Positions 16,831 through 26,364 of a stretch of 32,000 nucleotides of DNA are shown here, in pieces. Made by a program: the position numbers and the translations under genes. The DNA is from Vulcanisaeta distributa DSM 14429 (GTDB lineage: Archaea > Thermoproteota > Thermoprotei > Thermoproteales > Thermocladiaceae), in contig NC_014537.1 of the NCBI RefSeq assembly GCF_000148385.1, forward strand, positions 1,320,001 to 1,352,000. Reading direction: 5' to 3'. Position 1 is the first letter of the stretch; every line of letters begins with the position of its first letter. A model generated the notes under the pieces. It ran no database searches and was not told the origin of the DNA. It worked only from the letters and a program-made list of their open reading frames with translations.

Positions 16831-18510
16831 TTATCCCTTTATACCACCGATGTTAAATCCCTCAAGCAACCTACCCATTATTATATAGCTAAGCACCATG
16901 ACCGGTAATGCAACCACAAGGGCTGATGATGCAAGCAATCCCCAATCAACCGCCTTACTCCTTATGGCCTCTATTGCGAATATTGTTACTGTCTGTGCGC
17001 CCGTTGGTGGGAAGTTGAATTGCCATGGGGTCTCCGTGAGTATTAATGGGTAGAATAGTAACTGCCAGCTTATTATGAAGGATAGTATCATGACCATGAA
17101 CCAACTACTCCTGGTTATTGGTGCTATGATCCTAAATAACGTGTATGTTGAGGAGGCACCCTCAATCTCAGCTAACTCCTGATACTCATTTGGTAGATCC
17201 CTGTATATGTTAAAGAGGAGCCAGGCGGATAGTGTTACTGTGAATATGGGCTCAGCCAGTATCAGTGCCCACCAGGTGTTTAGGAGTCCTGAGTTCATAA
17301 ATAGGATGTATACTGGGAATATGAAGCTCGTGGCTGGTAATGAGTATAGATATATCGTGATTAGTAACAACCAGTAAATGTTTTGCTTCGACATTATGTA
17401 AGAGGCTGTACCTGCAAGCACCGCTGAGATCGAGGCTACGAATACTCCAACAACGAGGTTTGTGGATATGTAGGGTGTAGAGCCGGTGAGTGCGTTCACG
17501 AAGTACTTGGCAGTAAAGGCGACTGGGTATAGTATTGGTGGCGATATGAAGTCATAGATATTAGGTCTAAAGGCGAGCACGACCATCCAATAAACAGGGA
17601 ACAACAGGAAGAGAAGTACTATCACGGTTAATAACCATAGTAGTGAGTCATAGACTTTATCTGGTATTTTAACCACGGGAAGCCTTACATAAAGCCCACC
17701 ACTACGCATAACGTAGAGTAATGCCGCGGCTGGTAATGTGGCTAAAGCCGCGAGTATAGCTGCTGCAGCCTCACCACCCGAGAAGTTACCAATGAAGTAA
17801 AGTAGGTCGAATATGAGGAGAGGCAGTGTTGTTGATGAGTATCCAGGTCCACCCTCTGTTAGCACGTATGGTATGTCGAAATTACCTAGTTGAAGTACAA
17901 ATATTACTAGGAATGCGGTAAGTACGATCTTGAAAATGTAGGGTAGTGCAACACCACTGTAGTATTGCGAGAGGGAAGCACCATCTACCTGAGAAACCTC
18001 CTTAAGCTCCTTACTAATTGACTTAAGACCTCCAATGATTACCAGGTAGGCAAAGGACGTGCTGCTCCATATCCCTACAATTATTACTGCCCATATCGAT
18101 AGACCAGGTATCGTGGTCATATTCAGCATGGGTATGTGAAACAACTTAAATAGGTAGTAGAAGGGACCGTACATTGGGTCGAAGAGCGTGTACCATATCA
18201 TTGATGATGATATGAATGGTATCGTGTACGGAACAAGTATTATTAGCGACATTGGCACCTGCCATCTCATGGGTAAACTATCAACCCTAATAGCCAGTAC
18301 CAATGCCAGTAATGTCGATATTAAAGCCGTCATTGTCGCGAAAAGTAATGTATTGTAAAGTGCCAGGTTAAACGTGCCCGGCGGAAAATCCGTTATTAAG
18401 CCCTTTATCGATGATGGGTTAAACCCAACGAAGTAAAAGGTTAGGATTAATGGAATTAATCCGAAGGCTAGTATGTATATTAAATATGGTATTAGCCAAA
18501 ACCTCCTCAT
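16831..18510 (-). CDS. ABC transporter permease, fused two-domain (MalF/MalG-like, CUT1 sugar type)
   Basis: 559 aa, polytopic. There are two EAA-loop motifs: KEVSQVDGASLSQYYSGVALPYI and QELAEIEGASSTYTLFRIIAPIT. Confidence 0.85.
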   Translation of the reverse strand: MRRFWLIPYLIYILAFGLIPLILTFYFVGFNPSSIKGLITDFPPGTFNLALYNTLLFATMTALISTLLALVLAIRVDSLPMRWQVPMSLIILVPYTIPFISSSMIWYTLFDPMYGPFYYLFKLFHIPMLNMTTIPGLSIWAVIIVGIWSSTSFAYLVIIGGLKSISKELKEVSQVDGASLSQYYSGVALPYIFKIVLTAFLVIFVLQLGNFDIPYVLTEGGPGYSSTTLPLLIFDLLYFIGNFSGGEAAAAILAALATLPAAALLYVMRSGGLYVRLPVVKIPDKVYDSLLWLLTVIVLLFLLFPVYWMVVLAFRPNIYDFISPPILYPVAFTAKYFVNALTGSTPYISTNLVVGVFVASISAVLAGTASYIMSKQNIYWLLLITIYLYSLPATSFIFPVYILFMNSGLLNTWWALILAEPIFTVTLSAWLLFNIYRDLPNEYQELAEIEGASSTYTLFRIIAPITRSSWFMVMILSFIISWQLLFYPLILTETPWQFNFPPTGAQTVTIFAIEAIRSKAVDWGLLASSALVVALPVMVLSYIIMGRLLEGFNIGGIKG

Positions 18511-18581
18511 GACAGCCCAGTTACATATCGTGAAGAATTTAATTTTTAATTTTTAACTTAAGCTAACGTTATATGCAAGTA

Positions 18582-20018
18582 TTAGCCTGAACAGGAACCA
18601 TAGGTCTGAACGAGGGCGTTTATCCAGGACTCGGCCGCCGTATTCATCGCCTGCTGAGCATTTACCTGCCCAAGTAGGTAGCTAAACACCTCCTGGTTGA
18701 AGCTTGGTATTAGCTCTGTGTATGTAGGTGGTATGTTCGGTGGGTTTGCCCAGGCGTACTGAGCCGCGTCATAAACCGCCTCAAGCAACTCCTTATCATG
18801 CGAACCAAGAGTGCTATTACTCAGTAGCATTTGGAATGCCTCCTTTGATATTGGGAACTTATGGAAGTACAGGTACTCATATACCTGGACCTTAGGTGAT
18901 ACTAGGAATGCCAGGAATTCGAGAGCCAACTGCTTATGCGTTGAGTACTTACTAACGGCTAGGAAGTTAGTGCCAGTTTCTGCATAACCACCTGGTAATG
19001 GTGCTAAGCACGTGTCATTATAAACACTTGATGGTAAGTATGATAATTGGCTTACAAACATTAATGCAGCGGGAGCGTACTCAGCATATAGCTCAGGCAG
19101 GTTATCATAGGTTACCGGTGTGACGTTTGGCGGCGGCTCATAGGCCACGAGTTCCTTGTAAACCTCTAGAGCCTCAATACCGTCTGTCGTGTTAAAGTCA
19201 GGCAGTGGGTATGTACAACCTGGGGCTGGTGCTCCGTAGAACATTATGTTGAAGTTCGGTAAACCACCAATCTTACCGTCGTTAAGGTTTGGATCTCTCA
19301 TGTACCACCAACCAAATATTGCTGGGTATGCATCTATTATGCCATGCGATACGTGATCATCGACTAAGACACCATACTTAGTTATTCCGTGACCCACGAG
19401 GAATTGATCAACCTCAAGCACGGTGGTCCAGTTCTGCCATGTTAATGGATTAAACTCAACACCATACTCACTATAGAACTCCTGAGCCAGTGTTTGGTTG
19501 TTGAATATTGAGCACTTATAGGCAAGCATGTAGGTCACAGTCTCGTAGGCTATGCCAATATACTCAATCTGCCCAGTCGTCGTGTTGTAAAACTCGCCAC
19601 CAAAGGCCTCCTGAGGAGCCATTAAGTCGCTCATGTTGAATAGGGTCCCTACATATGGATTGAGCGGCAATACATAAGGCACAAACCTAAGTGATGATGT
19701 TGACGTGAACTCTATAATATCATACTCAGTTGAGTGAGCCTCAAGTGCCGTTAACTCGTTAGTAACGTACTGACTGAATGGGTATGTGATAACCTTGACA
19801 TACACGTTTGGATGTTCCTCATGGAATAATTGACCGGCGAATTGTATGAATTGTGCGGTGGTTCCTGAGTAGGCAACCACAACTAAGGTTACTGTCTTAG
19901 GTGTGGTTACGGCTTTAATATAGTAATAAGCACCCACTGCTATTACTATCACAATTATAACACCAATTATGGCCCAGACAGTACGTGAAATACCCATCCT
20001 CACATAATAGATTGGCAT
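18582..20018 (-). CDS. ABC transporter extracellular solute-binding protein (family 1, sugar type), membrane-anchored
   Basis: 478 aa with an N-terminal TM anchor (VWAIIGVIIVIVIAVGAYYYI). Size and composition are typical of archaeal CUT1 binding proteins. It lies directly upstream of the permease on the same strand. Confidence 0.7.
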   Translation of the reverse strand: MPIYYVRMGISRTVWAIIGVIIVIVIAVGAYYYIKAVTTPKTVTLVVVAYSGTTAQFIQFAGQLFHEEHPNVYVKVITYPFSQYVTNELTALEAHSTEYDIIEFTSTSSLRFVPYVLPLNPYVGTLFNMSDLMAPQEAFGGEFYNTTTGQIEYIGIAYETVTYMLAYKCSIFNNQTLAQEFYSEYGVEFNPLTWQNWTTVLEVDQFLVGHGITKYGVLVDDHVSHGIIDAYPAIFGWWYMRDPNLNDGKIGGLPNFNIMFYGAPAPGCTYPLPDFNTTDGIEALEVYKELVAYEPPPNVTPVTYDNLPELYAEYAPAALMFVSQLSYLPSSVYNDTCLAPLPGGYAETGTNFLAVSKYSTHKQLALEFLAFLVSPKVQVYEYLYFHKFPISKEAFQMLLSNSTLGSHDKELLEAVYDAAQYAWANPPNIPPTYTELIPSFNQEVFSYLLGQVNAQQAMNTAAESWINALVQTYGSCSG

Positions 20019-20128
20019 ACCTTAATTATAAGTATTTCCTAGGGTTAATTCTTTGATATTATTCAAATTATTACCACTTATTACTACCTCAACATCATTA
20101 AATGAACAATTTATATGCTAATAATTAG

Positions 20129-20881
20129 TTATTTCAATTTCTGAACATCAAGCGGTGTGCATGGCAATGGTATGATAATACCAACATCATTACCAACATT
20201 ACTTAGTATGGGCGGTTCCACGTAATAATGAATCGGCATTAAGTACTTAACACCGGCTTCCCTGGCTATTTGAATTGACTCACTCGTCGTTGAATGACCA
20301 TGCAAATGGGACGCCTCCTCAGTGCCTGGGTTCCCTGATGCCTCGTGAATTAGTAATGTGCAGCCCTTGGCGAGGTTAACTATATTCTTTGTTGGCCTTG
20401 TATCACTGCTATATGTTATGCACGAGCCATCAGTCGCATCAATCCTATACGCCAGGGTCTGCACTGTGTGGTCGGCCAATACGGCTGTGATCCTGTAATC
20501 ATGAGTGATTAACACGGTTAACGGCTCTGGGCTTGGGTCAATTGGGTGGAATTCTATTGCTGATAGGTATTGCGGTATACCTAATGCGTCAAAGAGTCTT
20601 TGTAGATCCACATCCCTAGGCCCATAAACCTTAAGCATCACCCCCTTAGACCTTGCAAATAGCGCCAGGGTTGATAGGCCCATTACATGATCCCCATGCC
20701 TATGCGTTATGAGCACCAAGTCTAGGTCATTCACGTCAAAGCCGCACATCCTCAAAGCCCTATATGCGCCCTCACCAGCATCAATTAAAATCCTTGAATT
20801 ACCAACCTCCACAAGTAGTGATACATTACCAAGTAATGGGTTTGAAACCCAACCACCAGTTCCAAGTGGAATTACCTTCAC
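20129..20881 (-). CDS. MBL-fold metallo-hydrolase (RNase Z/ElaC-like)
   Basis: The motifs are KVIPLGTGG...LIDAGEG...LITHRHGDHVMGL (HxHxDH), with later ASHLHGHS and PIHY metal ligands. 250 aa. Confidence 0.75.
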   Translation of the reverse strand: MKVIPLGTGGWVSNPLLGNVSLLVEVGNSRILIDAGEGAYRALRMCGFDVNDLDLVLITHRHGDHVMGLSTLALFARSKGVMLKVYGPRDVDLQRLFDALGIPQYLSAIEFHPIDPSPEPLTVLITHDYRITAVLADHTVQTLAYRIDATDGSCITYSSDTRPTKNIVNLAKGCTLLIHEASGNPGTEEASHLHGHSTTSESIQIAREAGVKYLMPIHYYVEPPILSNVGNDVGIIIPLPCTPLDVQKLK

Positions 20882-20928
20882 GGCATTGATAAAACTCCAG
20901 TAATTATAAGGAGTACTACATGATTAAG

Positions 20929-21258
20929 TCATATTAGGAACGCTAATTCAAGCACGGCAAGTAGGGCGCCTATCAATGTCCACCAAGTAAAGACCAGGTT
21001 TAACGCAGCAACCACAATACCCAACGTCCGAACCTCAGGATCATTCTGCCTAGATATTAATAATGCACCAGCGCCTATGTTCATTATGGCCAGGGCAATA
21101 ACTATCAATGTTAACGCCCAGAGAATCGTAGTACCTATGTTAGGTATTGGCACTAGGATAAGTGATGCAACACCGAGGAGAATAGCTGGGATGAGTAGGA
21201 AGGCTCCACTAACGAGCATTAATACACCGGCAACCCTGGGCTCACTCATCAAGACCAC
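20929..21258 (-). CDS. hypothetical small integral membrane protein (about 4 TM)
   Basis: 109 aa, almost entirely hydrophobic helices separated by short polar loops (SRQNDPEVR). Confidence 0.45.
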   Translation of the reverse strand: MVLMSEPRVAGVLMLVSGAFLLIPAILLGVASLILVPIPNIGTTILWALTLIVIALAIMNIGAGALLISRQNDPEVRTLGIVVAALNLVFTWWTLIGALLAVLELAFLI

Positions 21259-21283
21259 TCATAAATAAGCCATTAAATACTTA

Positions 21284-22237
21284 CTACCCATAAACCCTCC
21301 TAAGCCAATCAACCATCTCCTTAACACCAACATCAATAGCAGGCTCAACATCACCTAATACCCCCCTCGTACTTCCGCAATCATACTGCACATTAATGTA
21401 TTTAAGCAACGAACGAACACCACTCGGTAGAAACAAACCAATAAGGCTAGGCGGTAATGGCAATCTGACACCGCTAACTCCCAGGAAATTAGCCATTAGT
21501 TCTGCGAAGTCGCCTAAATTGTACATGGTGCACTCAGTTGCATAGAGAAACGTATTCCTAAACTCCTCACTAACAGCCAATTTCTCGAGCATTCTTACCA
21601 GGTAACCCACGTAAATCGCACCAATAAATCCCTTAACCTGAGGCACTAGGCCCATCCTCACAAGCCTATAAAGGCTCAGGAACTCATTATGATCATTGTA
21701 ATAACCATAAACAAGGGTCGGTCTAACAATGACGTAATTAAGGCCCTCATTACCTAGCTCTTTAATGGTTCTTTCGCCATCGCATTTAGACCTTTCATAA
21801 TCACTCCTGGGATTTACGTAAGAGAAATCACAGTGTGCTGGTTCTTCCTTTATGAAATTACCTATTTTTCCTGAGGCTGCTGAAGCACTTATGTGAATCA
21901 GCTTTATTGATTTATCAATACTTAGTATTGCCCTTGCAATATTGCGGGGAACTTCAACATGGGCATTCCACAACTCATTCCATGAACCACTTAGCAGGCC
22001 CACTGTATTAAACACGTAATTTGGCTTAACGTTATTAATTAACTTCATCAGATCTTCGTAATTACTCGGGTCTAGCCGGTGAGGCTTTACGTTCAACTTC
22101 AGCAGGTCCTTCATCATCAGTGCTTTACTACCGTGAATTGACCTATAGGTTATATATACATCAAAACCCCTATCAACTAAGTGCTTAGCTAGGTTCGTCG
22201 CAATGAACCCAAGCCCAATGATTAAAGCCTTCTCCAC
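21284..22237 (-). CDS. NAD(P)-dependent epimerase/dehydratase (extended SDR family)
   Basis: The Rossmann N-terminus is ALIIGLGFIATNLAKHLVDRGFDV and the catalytic YxxxK is SDYERSK. 317 aa. Confidence 0.8.
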   Translation of the reverse strand: MEKALIIGLGFIATNLAKHLVDRGFDVYITYRSIHGSKALMMKDLLKLNVKPHRLDPSNYEDLMKLINNVKPNYVFNTVGLLSGSWNELWNAHVEVPRNIARAILSIDKSIKLIHISASAASGKIGNFIKEEPAHCDFSYVNPRSDYERSKCDGERTIKELGNEGLNYVIVRPTLVYGYYNDHNEFLSLYRLVRMGLVPQVKGFIGAIYVGYLVRMLEKLAVSEEFRNTFLYATECTMYNLGDFAELMANFLGVSGVRLPLPPSLIGLFLPSGVRSLLKYINVQYDCGSTRGVLGDVEPAIDVGVKEMVDWLRRVYG

Positions 22238-22350
22238 AATGTCTTATTTATGACAAATAGTAATTAAGTCTTTCCCTAAATAGAGAAAATAGCCGATATC
22301 ACTAACAAAGAAGGTTTTATAAATGCTGAGTACCCGAATGCCATAATCGT

Positions 22351-24423
22351 ATGCAAAGAGAACTATGGGTATCAATAAGTGAAAGTCAGAGAAGGGCCGT
22401 ATTGATAAATGCGTTCCTTGGAGCGCTGCTTGGATCGATGAATATCTCATCAGTTGTAATTGCACTACCCGCGATACTCAGGGGTATTGGACTAAGTATT
22501 AATTCATCAATAGGTTTCATGATAATGGCATGGATAATGTTCGCATATCCACTGATAATGGCAATAACCGTGGCACTCATCGGCAGGCTATCTGACATGT
22601 ATGGTAGGGGTAGGGTATTCACGATAGGTGACATTGTATTTACCACAGCATCGCTACTACTGGGATTAACGCCAGGTTACGGTGCCATTGCTGGGATTCA
22701 AATGGTTATTTATAGATTCGTGCAAGGCCTAGGTGGATCAATGATGTTTAGTAACAGTGCTGCTATAATAACTGATGTTTTTCCACCAGAGCGTAGAGGT
22801 GTGGCACAGGGGGTCGTAGGCATATCGTTTAGTGCAGGTAGCATATTGGGTTTAGTGATTGGTGGTTTATTAGCAACAATTAACTGGAGGTGGGTATTCC
22901 TATTTAACGTACCGGTGGGTGTGGCCAGTATTATATGGGCGTACAGGAGCGTTTATAAATTACCTGCTGGATTCGCAAAGGCTAAGATTGACTGGATTGG
23001 TGCATCATTATTAACTACGTCATTAGTGCTCCTGCTAATGGGATTAATGCTATCAATGATGCCTTACGGAGGGTCATCACTCGGCTGGGGCAATCCAATG
23101 GTTTGGGTATTACTTGGCGTTGGCGGTGCCTTGTTCGCATTATTATTCTTCATTGAGTCTAGGATTCCTGAGCCAATGCTTAGGGTTAAGCTATTCAGGA
23201 TTAGGCAGTTCACCTACGGCGTGGTGAGCAGTCTCTTCCTGTTCCTCGCCCAGGGAGCCAATGTATTCGTCTTATCACTGCTCTTACAGGCTATTTACCT
23301 GCCACTTCATGGCGTCCCATACGCCGACACACCTCTTTGGGCTGGGATATACCTAATACCGAGCAGTATCACCAACGCCATTTTTGCACCAATAGGTGGT
23401 AAGTTGCTGAATAGGTTTGGTGCCAGGGTAGTATCCACACTCGGTGCTATATTACTTGCGGCAAGCTTCGAATTACTAACATTACTGCCAATAACGAACT
23501 TCAACTACATATGGTTTGCAGCAATACTACTATTAATGGGCGCCGGCTCAGGCCTATTTCAATCACCAAACCTCGTATCAATACTAAGCGCCGTACCACC
23601 GACAGAGAGGTCAGCCGCATCTGGGCTGAGGGCTTCCATGCAAAACATAGGCCTATTAATGAGCTTTGCAATATTCCTAACACTAATCCTGACCGGAGCC
23701 TCAACAGTACTTACGCAGTCAATATACAAGGCGTTACTAAGTGCCGGAGTCCCAATGCTCGACGCCGAAAAGCTCGTGTCAATACCACCAGTATACGCGC
23801 TCTTCGCAGCGTTCCTAGGTTACGACCCAATAAAGACCTTGGTTGAGCAGGCAGGTATATTATTACCAGCCAATGTGTTCAGCAACATTGATAAGCTAAC
23901 CTTCTTCCCAAGCGCAATAGCGCCTGCCATGGCAGTCGGCTTCTACTACGCATACCACACGGCGGCCATACTTGCCATACTTGCTGCAGTATTCTCATAC
24001 TTAAGGGGCAGGGAGGCTTTCCATCATACCATTGAGACGGTACAGGCGGGTGCAAGGAGCACGGCAAAGGTAATTGAGCAAACAAATACCCCGGACCCAA
24101 TAGGTAATAAGGTCACTAACGGCGTCAATGGTAATATTGATATTAAGTCAGACCCAATACTACGAAAGACCTATGCAGCATACTTGCTAATGAATACTGA
24201 GCTTAGTGATACTGTATTAAATAGCATAACGGGTAAGGAGCTTGTGTATGCGATAGCCATCACCTCGGGATTACCTGACTGGTTCGTAAACTTCGTGAAT
24301 AGCATAAACGACTGCCAATTTACCAATTCAACAATAGAAACATTGACTAAGTATGTAAGCGTACCAGATTGGTTAAGTGAAGTTGTTAATGCATGGCTTA
24401 AGATAAAATCATCAAATAGTTAA
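22351..24423 (+). CDS. MFS transporter (DHA2/EmrB-like, 14-TM type) with an extra C-terminal soluble domain of about 140 aa
   Basis: The MFS signatures are GRLSDMYGRGRVF and FVQGLGGSMMFSNSAAIITDVFPPERRG. Many TM helices run up to about residue 545, followed by a polar non-membrane tail. Confidence 0.85.
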   Translation: MQRELWVSISESQRRAVLINAFLGALLGSMNISSVVIALPAILRGIGLSINSSIGFMIMAWIMFAYPLIMAITVALIGRLSDMYGRGRVFTIGDIVFTTASLLLGLTPGYGAIAGIQMVIYRFVQGLGGSMMFSNSAAIITDVFPPERRGVAQGVVGISFSAGSILGLVIGGLLATINWRWVFLFNVPVGVASIIWAYRSVYKLPAGFAKAKIDWIGASLLTTSLVLLLMGLMLSMMPYGGSSLGWGNPMVWVLLGVGGALFALLFFIESRIPEPMLRVKLFRIRQFTYGVVSSLFLFLAQGANVFVLSLLLQAIYLPLHGVPYADTPLWAGIYLIPSSITNAIFAPIGGKLLNRFGARVVSTLGAILLAASFELLTLLPITNFNYIWFAAILLLMGAGSGLFQSPNLVSILSAVPPTERSAASGLRASMQNIGLLMSFAIFLTLILTGASTVLTQSIYKALLSAGVPMLDAEKLVSIPPVYALFAAFLGYDPIKTLVEQAGILLPANVFSNIDKLTFFPSAIAPAMAVGFYYAYHTAAILAILAAVFSYLRGREAFHHTIETVQAGARSTAKVIEQTNTPDPIGNKVTNGVNGNIDIKSDPILRKTYAAYLLMNTELSDTVLNSITGKELVYAIAITSGLPDWFVNFVNSINDCQFTNSTIETLTKYVSVPDWLSEVVNAWLKIKSSNS

Positions 24424-24790
24424 GGACGTAAAATATTTTGAGAAAACACGATCATTTTAATAAGATATTATTTTCAATTTAAAATAGCAAATCATAGATA
24501 TAGCGTGTATGCCCTATTTCCACTCCATAAAATAGCCTTACCATCCCTCAAATACTCAATAGCTGTGTATCCTCTGTATATTCTCCTTTCCGTATTTACC
24601 TGGTTATTCTGCGATTTGTTTTTGTTCATGAACATTTTCTTATCACCGAGATGGTATGGGAATTGCTCTGTTAATAAATTTATATTGTGAAATGGGTTTA
24701 ATCAATATATTTACTCTTAATAACTATATAGGTTATAGATTACATGATACTTAGGATAAGTTTTTATTTCGTTAATTAACATGAACTTAA

Positions 24791-25867
24791 ATGATTGAGA
24801 GTAGGAAGGATGACCACATTAGAATAGCCTCGGGACAAAACGTTGAGGAGGGTAACAACCTATTCAATGAGGTACAATTAATACATATGGCGTTACCTGA
24901 AATTGACCTTGATGATGTCGATACGTCAATTACGATATTTAATAAGAGGTTGTCGTTTCCATTCATTATTGGCGCAATGACTGGTGGTACTGAGACTGCC
25001 GAAAAAATAAACACCATACTCGCTAAATGCGCTGAGGAATATGGTATTGGTATGTACGTTGGCTCTCAGAGGGTTGCCATAGTCAAGCCTGAGACTGCCA
25101 GGAGCTTTAGGGTCGTTGCAGAGAATGCGCCAACCGCCCTTAAAATAGCCAACCTGGGTGCTCCACAGGTCTCTAGGCTTGATGAGAAGGTGCTTAGTGA
25201 TTGGGTTTCCCAAGCAATAGATATGATTAATGCAGATGCAATAGCCATTCATCTAAACCCTGCCCAGGAGGTTTTCCAGCCTGAGGGTGAGCCCTGGTTT
25301 AGAGGTGTCATTGATAAGCTTAGGTTCATTAAGAGGGTGGCTAATAGGCCGTTGATTGTTAAGGAGGTTGGTAATGGAATATCCATGGAGGTCGCCAAGG
25401 CCCTTGTTTCTAAGGTTGGTCCTGACGCCATTGATGTCGCCGGCACTGGAGGTACTTCGTTCATAAGGATAGAGAGTATAAGGGCTGGGACAACGGATGA
25501 GGCTGACGTATTCAGTGGTTGGGGAATACCAACTGCGATATCCATTTGTGAGGTTAGGAGTGTGTACAACGGCGTAATAATCGCCTCAGGGGGCATTAGG
25601 AGTGGGCTTGATGGTGCCAAGGCAATAGCCATTGGAGCTAATGCCTTCTCAATGTCAAGACCCCTTCTATTAGCCGCACTTAAAGGTTATGATGAAGCCA
25701 AGAGATTCATCGGTAAGTTACTTAGGGAATTTAAGATTGCCATGTTCCTCACAGGCTCGAGAAGTGTTGATGAACTCGGTAAGGCACCGATTGTGTTTGG
25801 TCCAACGATTATTTCCTGGCTAAGCCAGAGGAATATACCCTGCAAGCACATCCGGCGTTTTATGTAA
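24791..25867 (+). CDS. fni: isopentenyl-diphosphate delta-isomerase, type 2 (FMN-dependent)
   Basis: The RKDDHIRIA N-terminus, IGAMTGG, VGSQR, IVKEVGNG and ASGGIRSGLDGAKAIAIGA are hallmark IDI-2 motifs. 358 aa. Confidence 0.9.
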   Translation: MIESRKDDHIRIASGQNVEEGNNLFNEVQLIHMALPEIDLDDVDTSITIFNKRLSFPFIIGAMTGGTETAEKINTILAKCAEEYGIGMYVGSQRVAIVKPETARSFRVVAENAPTALKIANLGAPQVSRLDEKVLSDWVSQAIDMINADAIAIHLNPAQEVFQPEGEPWFRGVIDKLRFIKRVANRPLIVKEVGNGISMEVAKALVSKVGPDAIDVAGTGGTSFIRIESIRAGTTDEADVFSGWGIPTAISICEVRSVYNGVIIASGGIRSGLDGAKAIAIGANAFSMSRPLLLAALKGYDEAKRFIGKLLREFKIAMFLTGSRSVDELGKAPIVFGPTIISWLSQRNIPCKHIRRFM

Positions 25868-25939
25868 TATCATTACCGTAATTATTCGGGAATTAGCATA
25901 AGCATTTTATAGCAAATGAGTTGACTTCATAAATGAGGT

Positions 25940-26362
25940 ATGTCTATTCAGGGTATTTCATGCCCGAGGTGTGGCTCCAGGAGGATAGCAATCGTTGTTT
26001 CAGAGTCATTAACATTCAAGTGCCTGGACTGCGGTTATACTTGGTCACCAAACCTGCCAGCCCAGGGCTTAGTGCATACTAAGGCAGGTGATATTCATTG
26101 GACTGAGATTAAGAAGATCATGGAGGATGCTGTAAATTACGTCATAAGCCTACTTAATGAGGGTGTCGTTAATTGTAATGACATTATTAACAAGGTCCAG
26201 GAGAAGTACGGAAGTTATTTATCGTCACGTGAGGTGCTTAGATCCATAATAAATGGGGCCAAGAGGTACCTTGAGGATATTAGGTATAGGGACGTTAATA
26301 AATACTCAGCATTAAGTGTTGAATTGAATAAATGCAGGGAATTGATGAGTAGGGGTGGGTGA
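25940..26362 (+). CDS. hypothetical protein with an N-terminal zinc ribbon
   Basis: CPRCGSRR...x16...CLDCGYTW forms a four-Cys ribbon. The remaining 100 aa or so look helical. Confidence 0.5.
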   Translation: MSIQGISCPRCGSRRIAIVVSESLTFKCLDCGYTWSPNLPAQGLVHTKAGDIHWTEIKKIMEDAVNYVISLLNEGVVNCNDIINKVQEKYGSYLSSREVLRSIINGAKRYLEDIRYRDVNKYSALSVELNKCRELMSRGG

Positions 26363-26364
26363 CC

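Noticed and set aside
22244-22646. Minus-strand ORFs 22244-22465 and 22386-22646 lie at the 5' end of the MFS gene.
   Set aside because: They overlap the well-supported MFS transporter frame and its promoter region. They have no motifs and their composition is implausible for a protein.
23307-24100. ORFs 23307-23504 (-), 23501-23704 (-), 23511-23846 (+) and 23879-24100 (-) lie within the MFS gene.
   Set aside because: They are alternative-frame or antisense ORFs inside a continuous 690-aa transporter frame. Their Arg/Pro-rich or Leu-rich compositions are typical of off-frame translation.
24505-24690. A 61-aa + strand ORF from the track lies in the spacer upstream of the IPP isomerase gene.
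   Set aside because: Its hydrophobic, Leu/Phe/Tyr-rich product comes from AT-rich DNA. It has a GTG start with no RBS or promoter spacing. It is probably non-coding, and the opposite-strand 47-aa ORF is recorded as a low-interest finding instead.
24787-25632. Four minus-strand ORFs lie opposite the type-2 IPP isomerase gene.
   Set aside because: They are antisense to a gene with multiple hallmark IDI-2 motifs.
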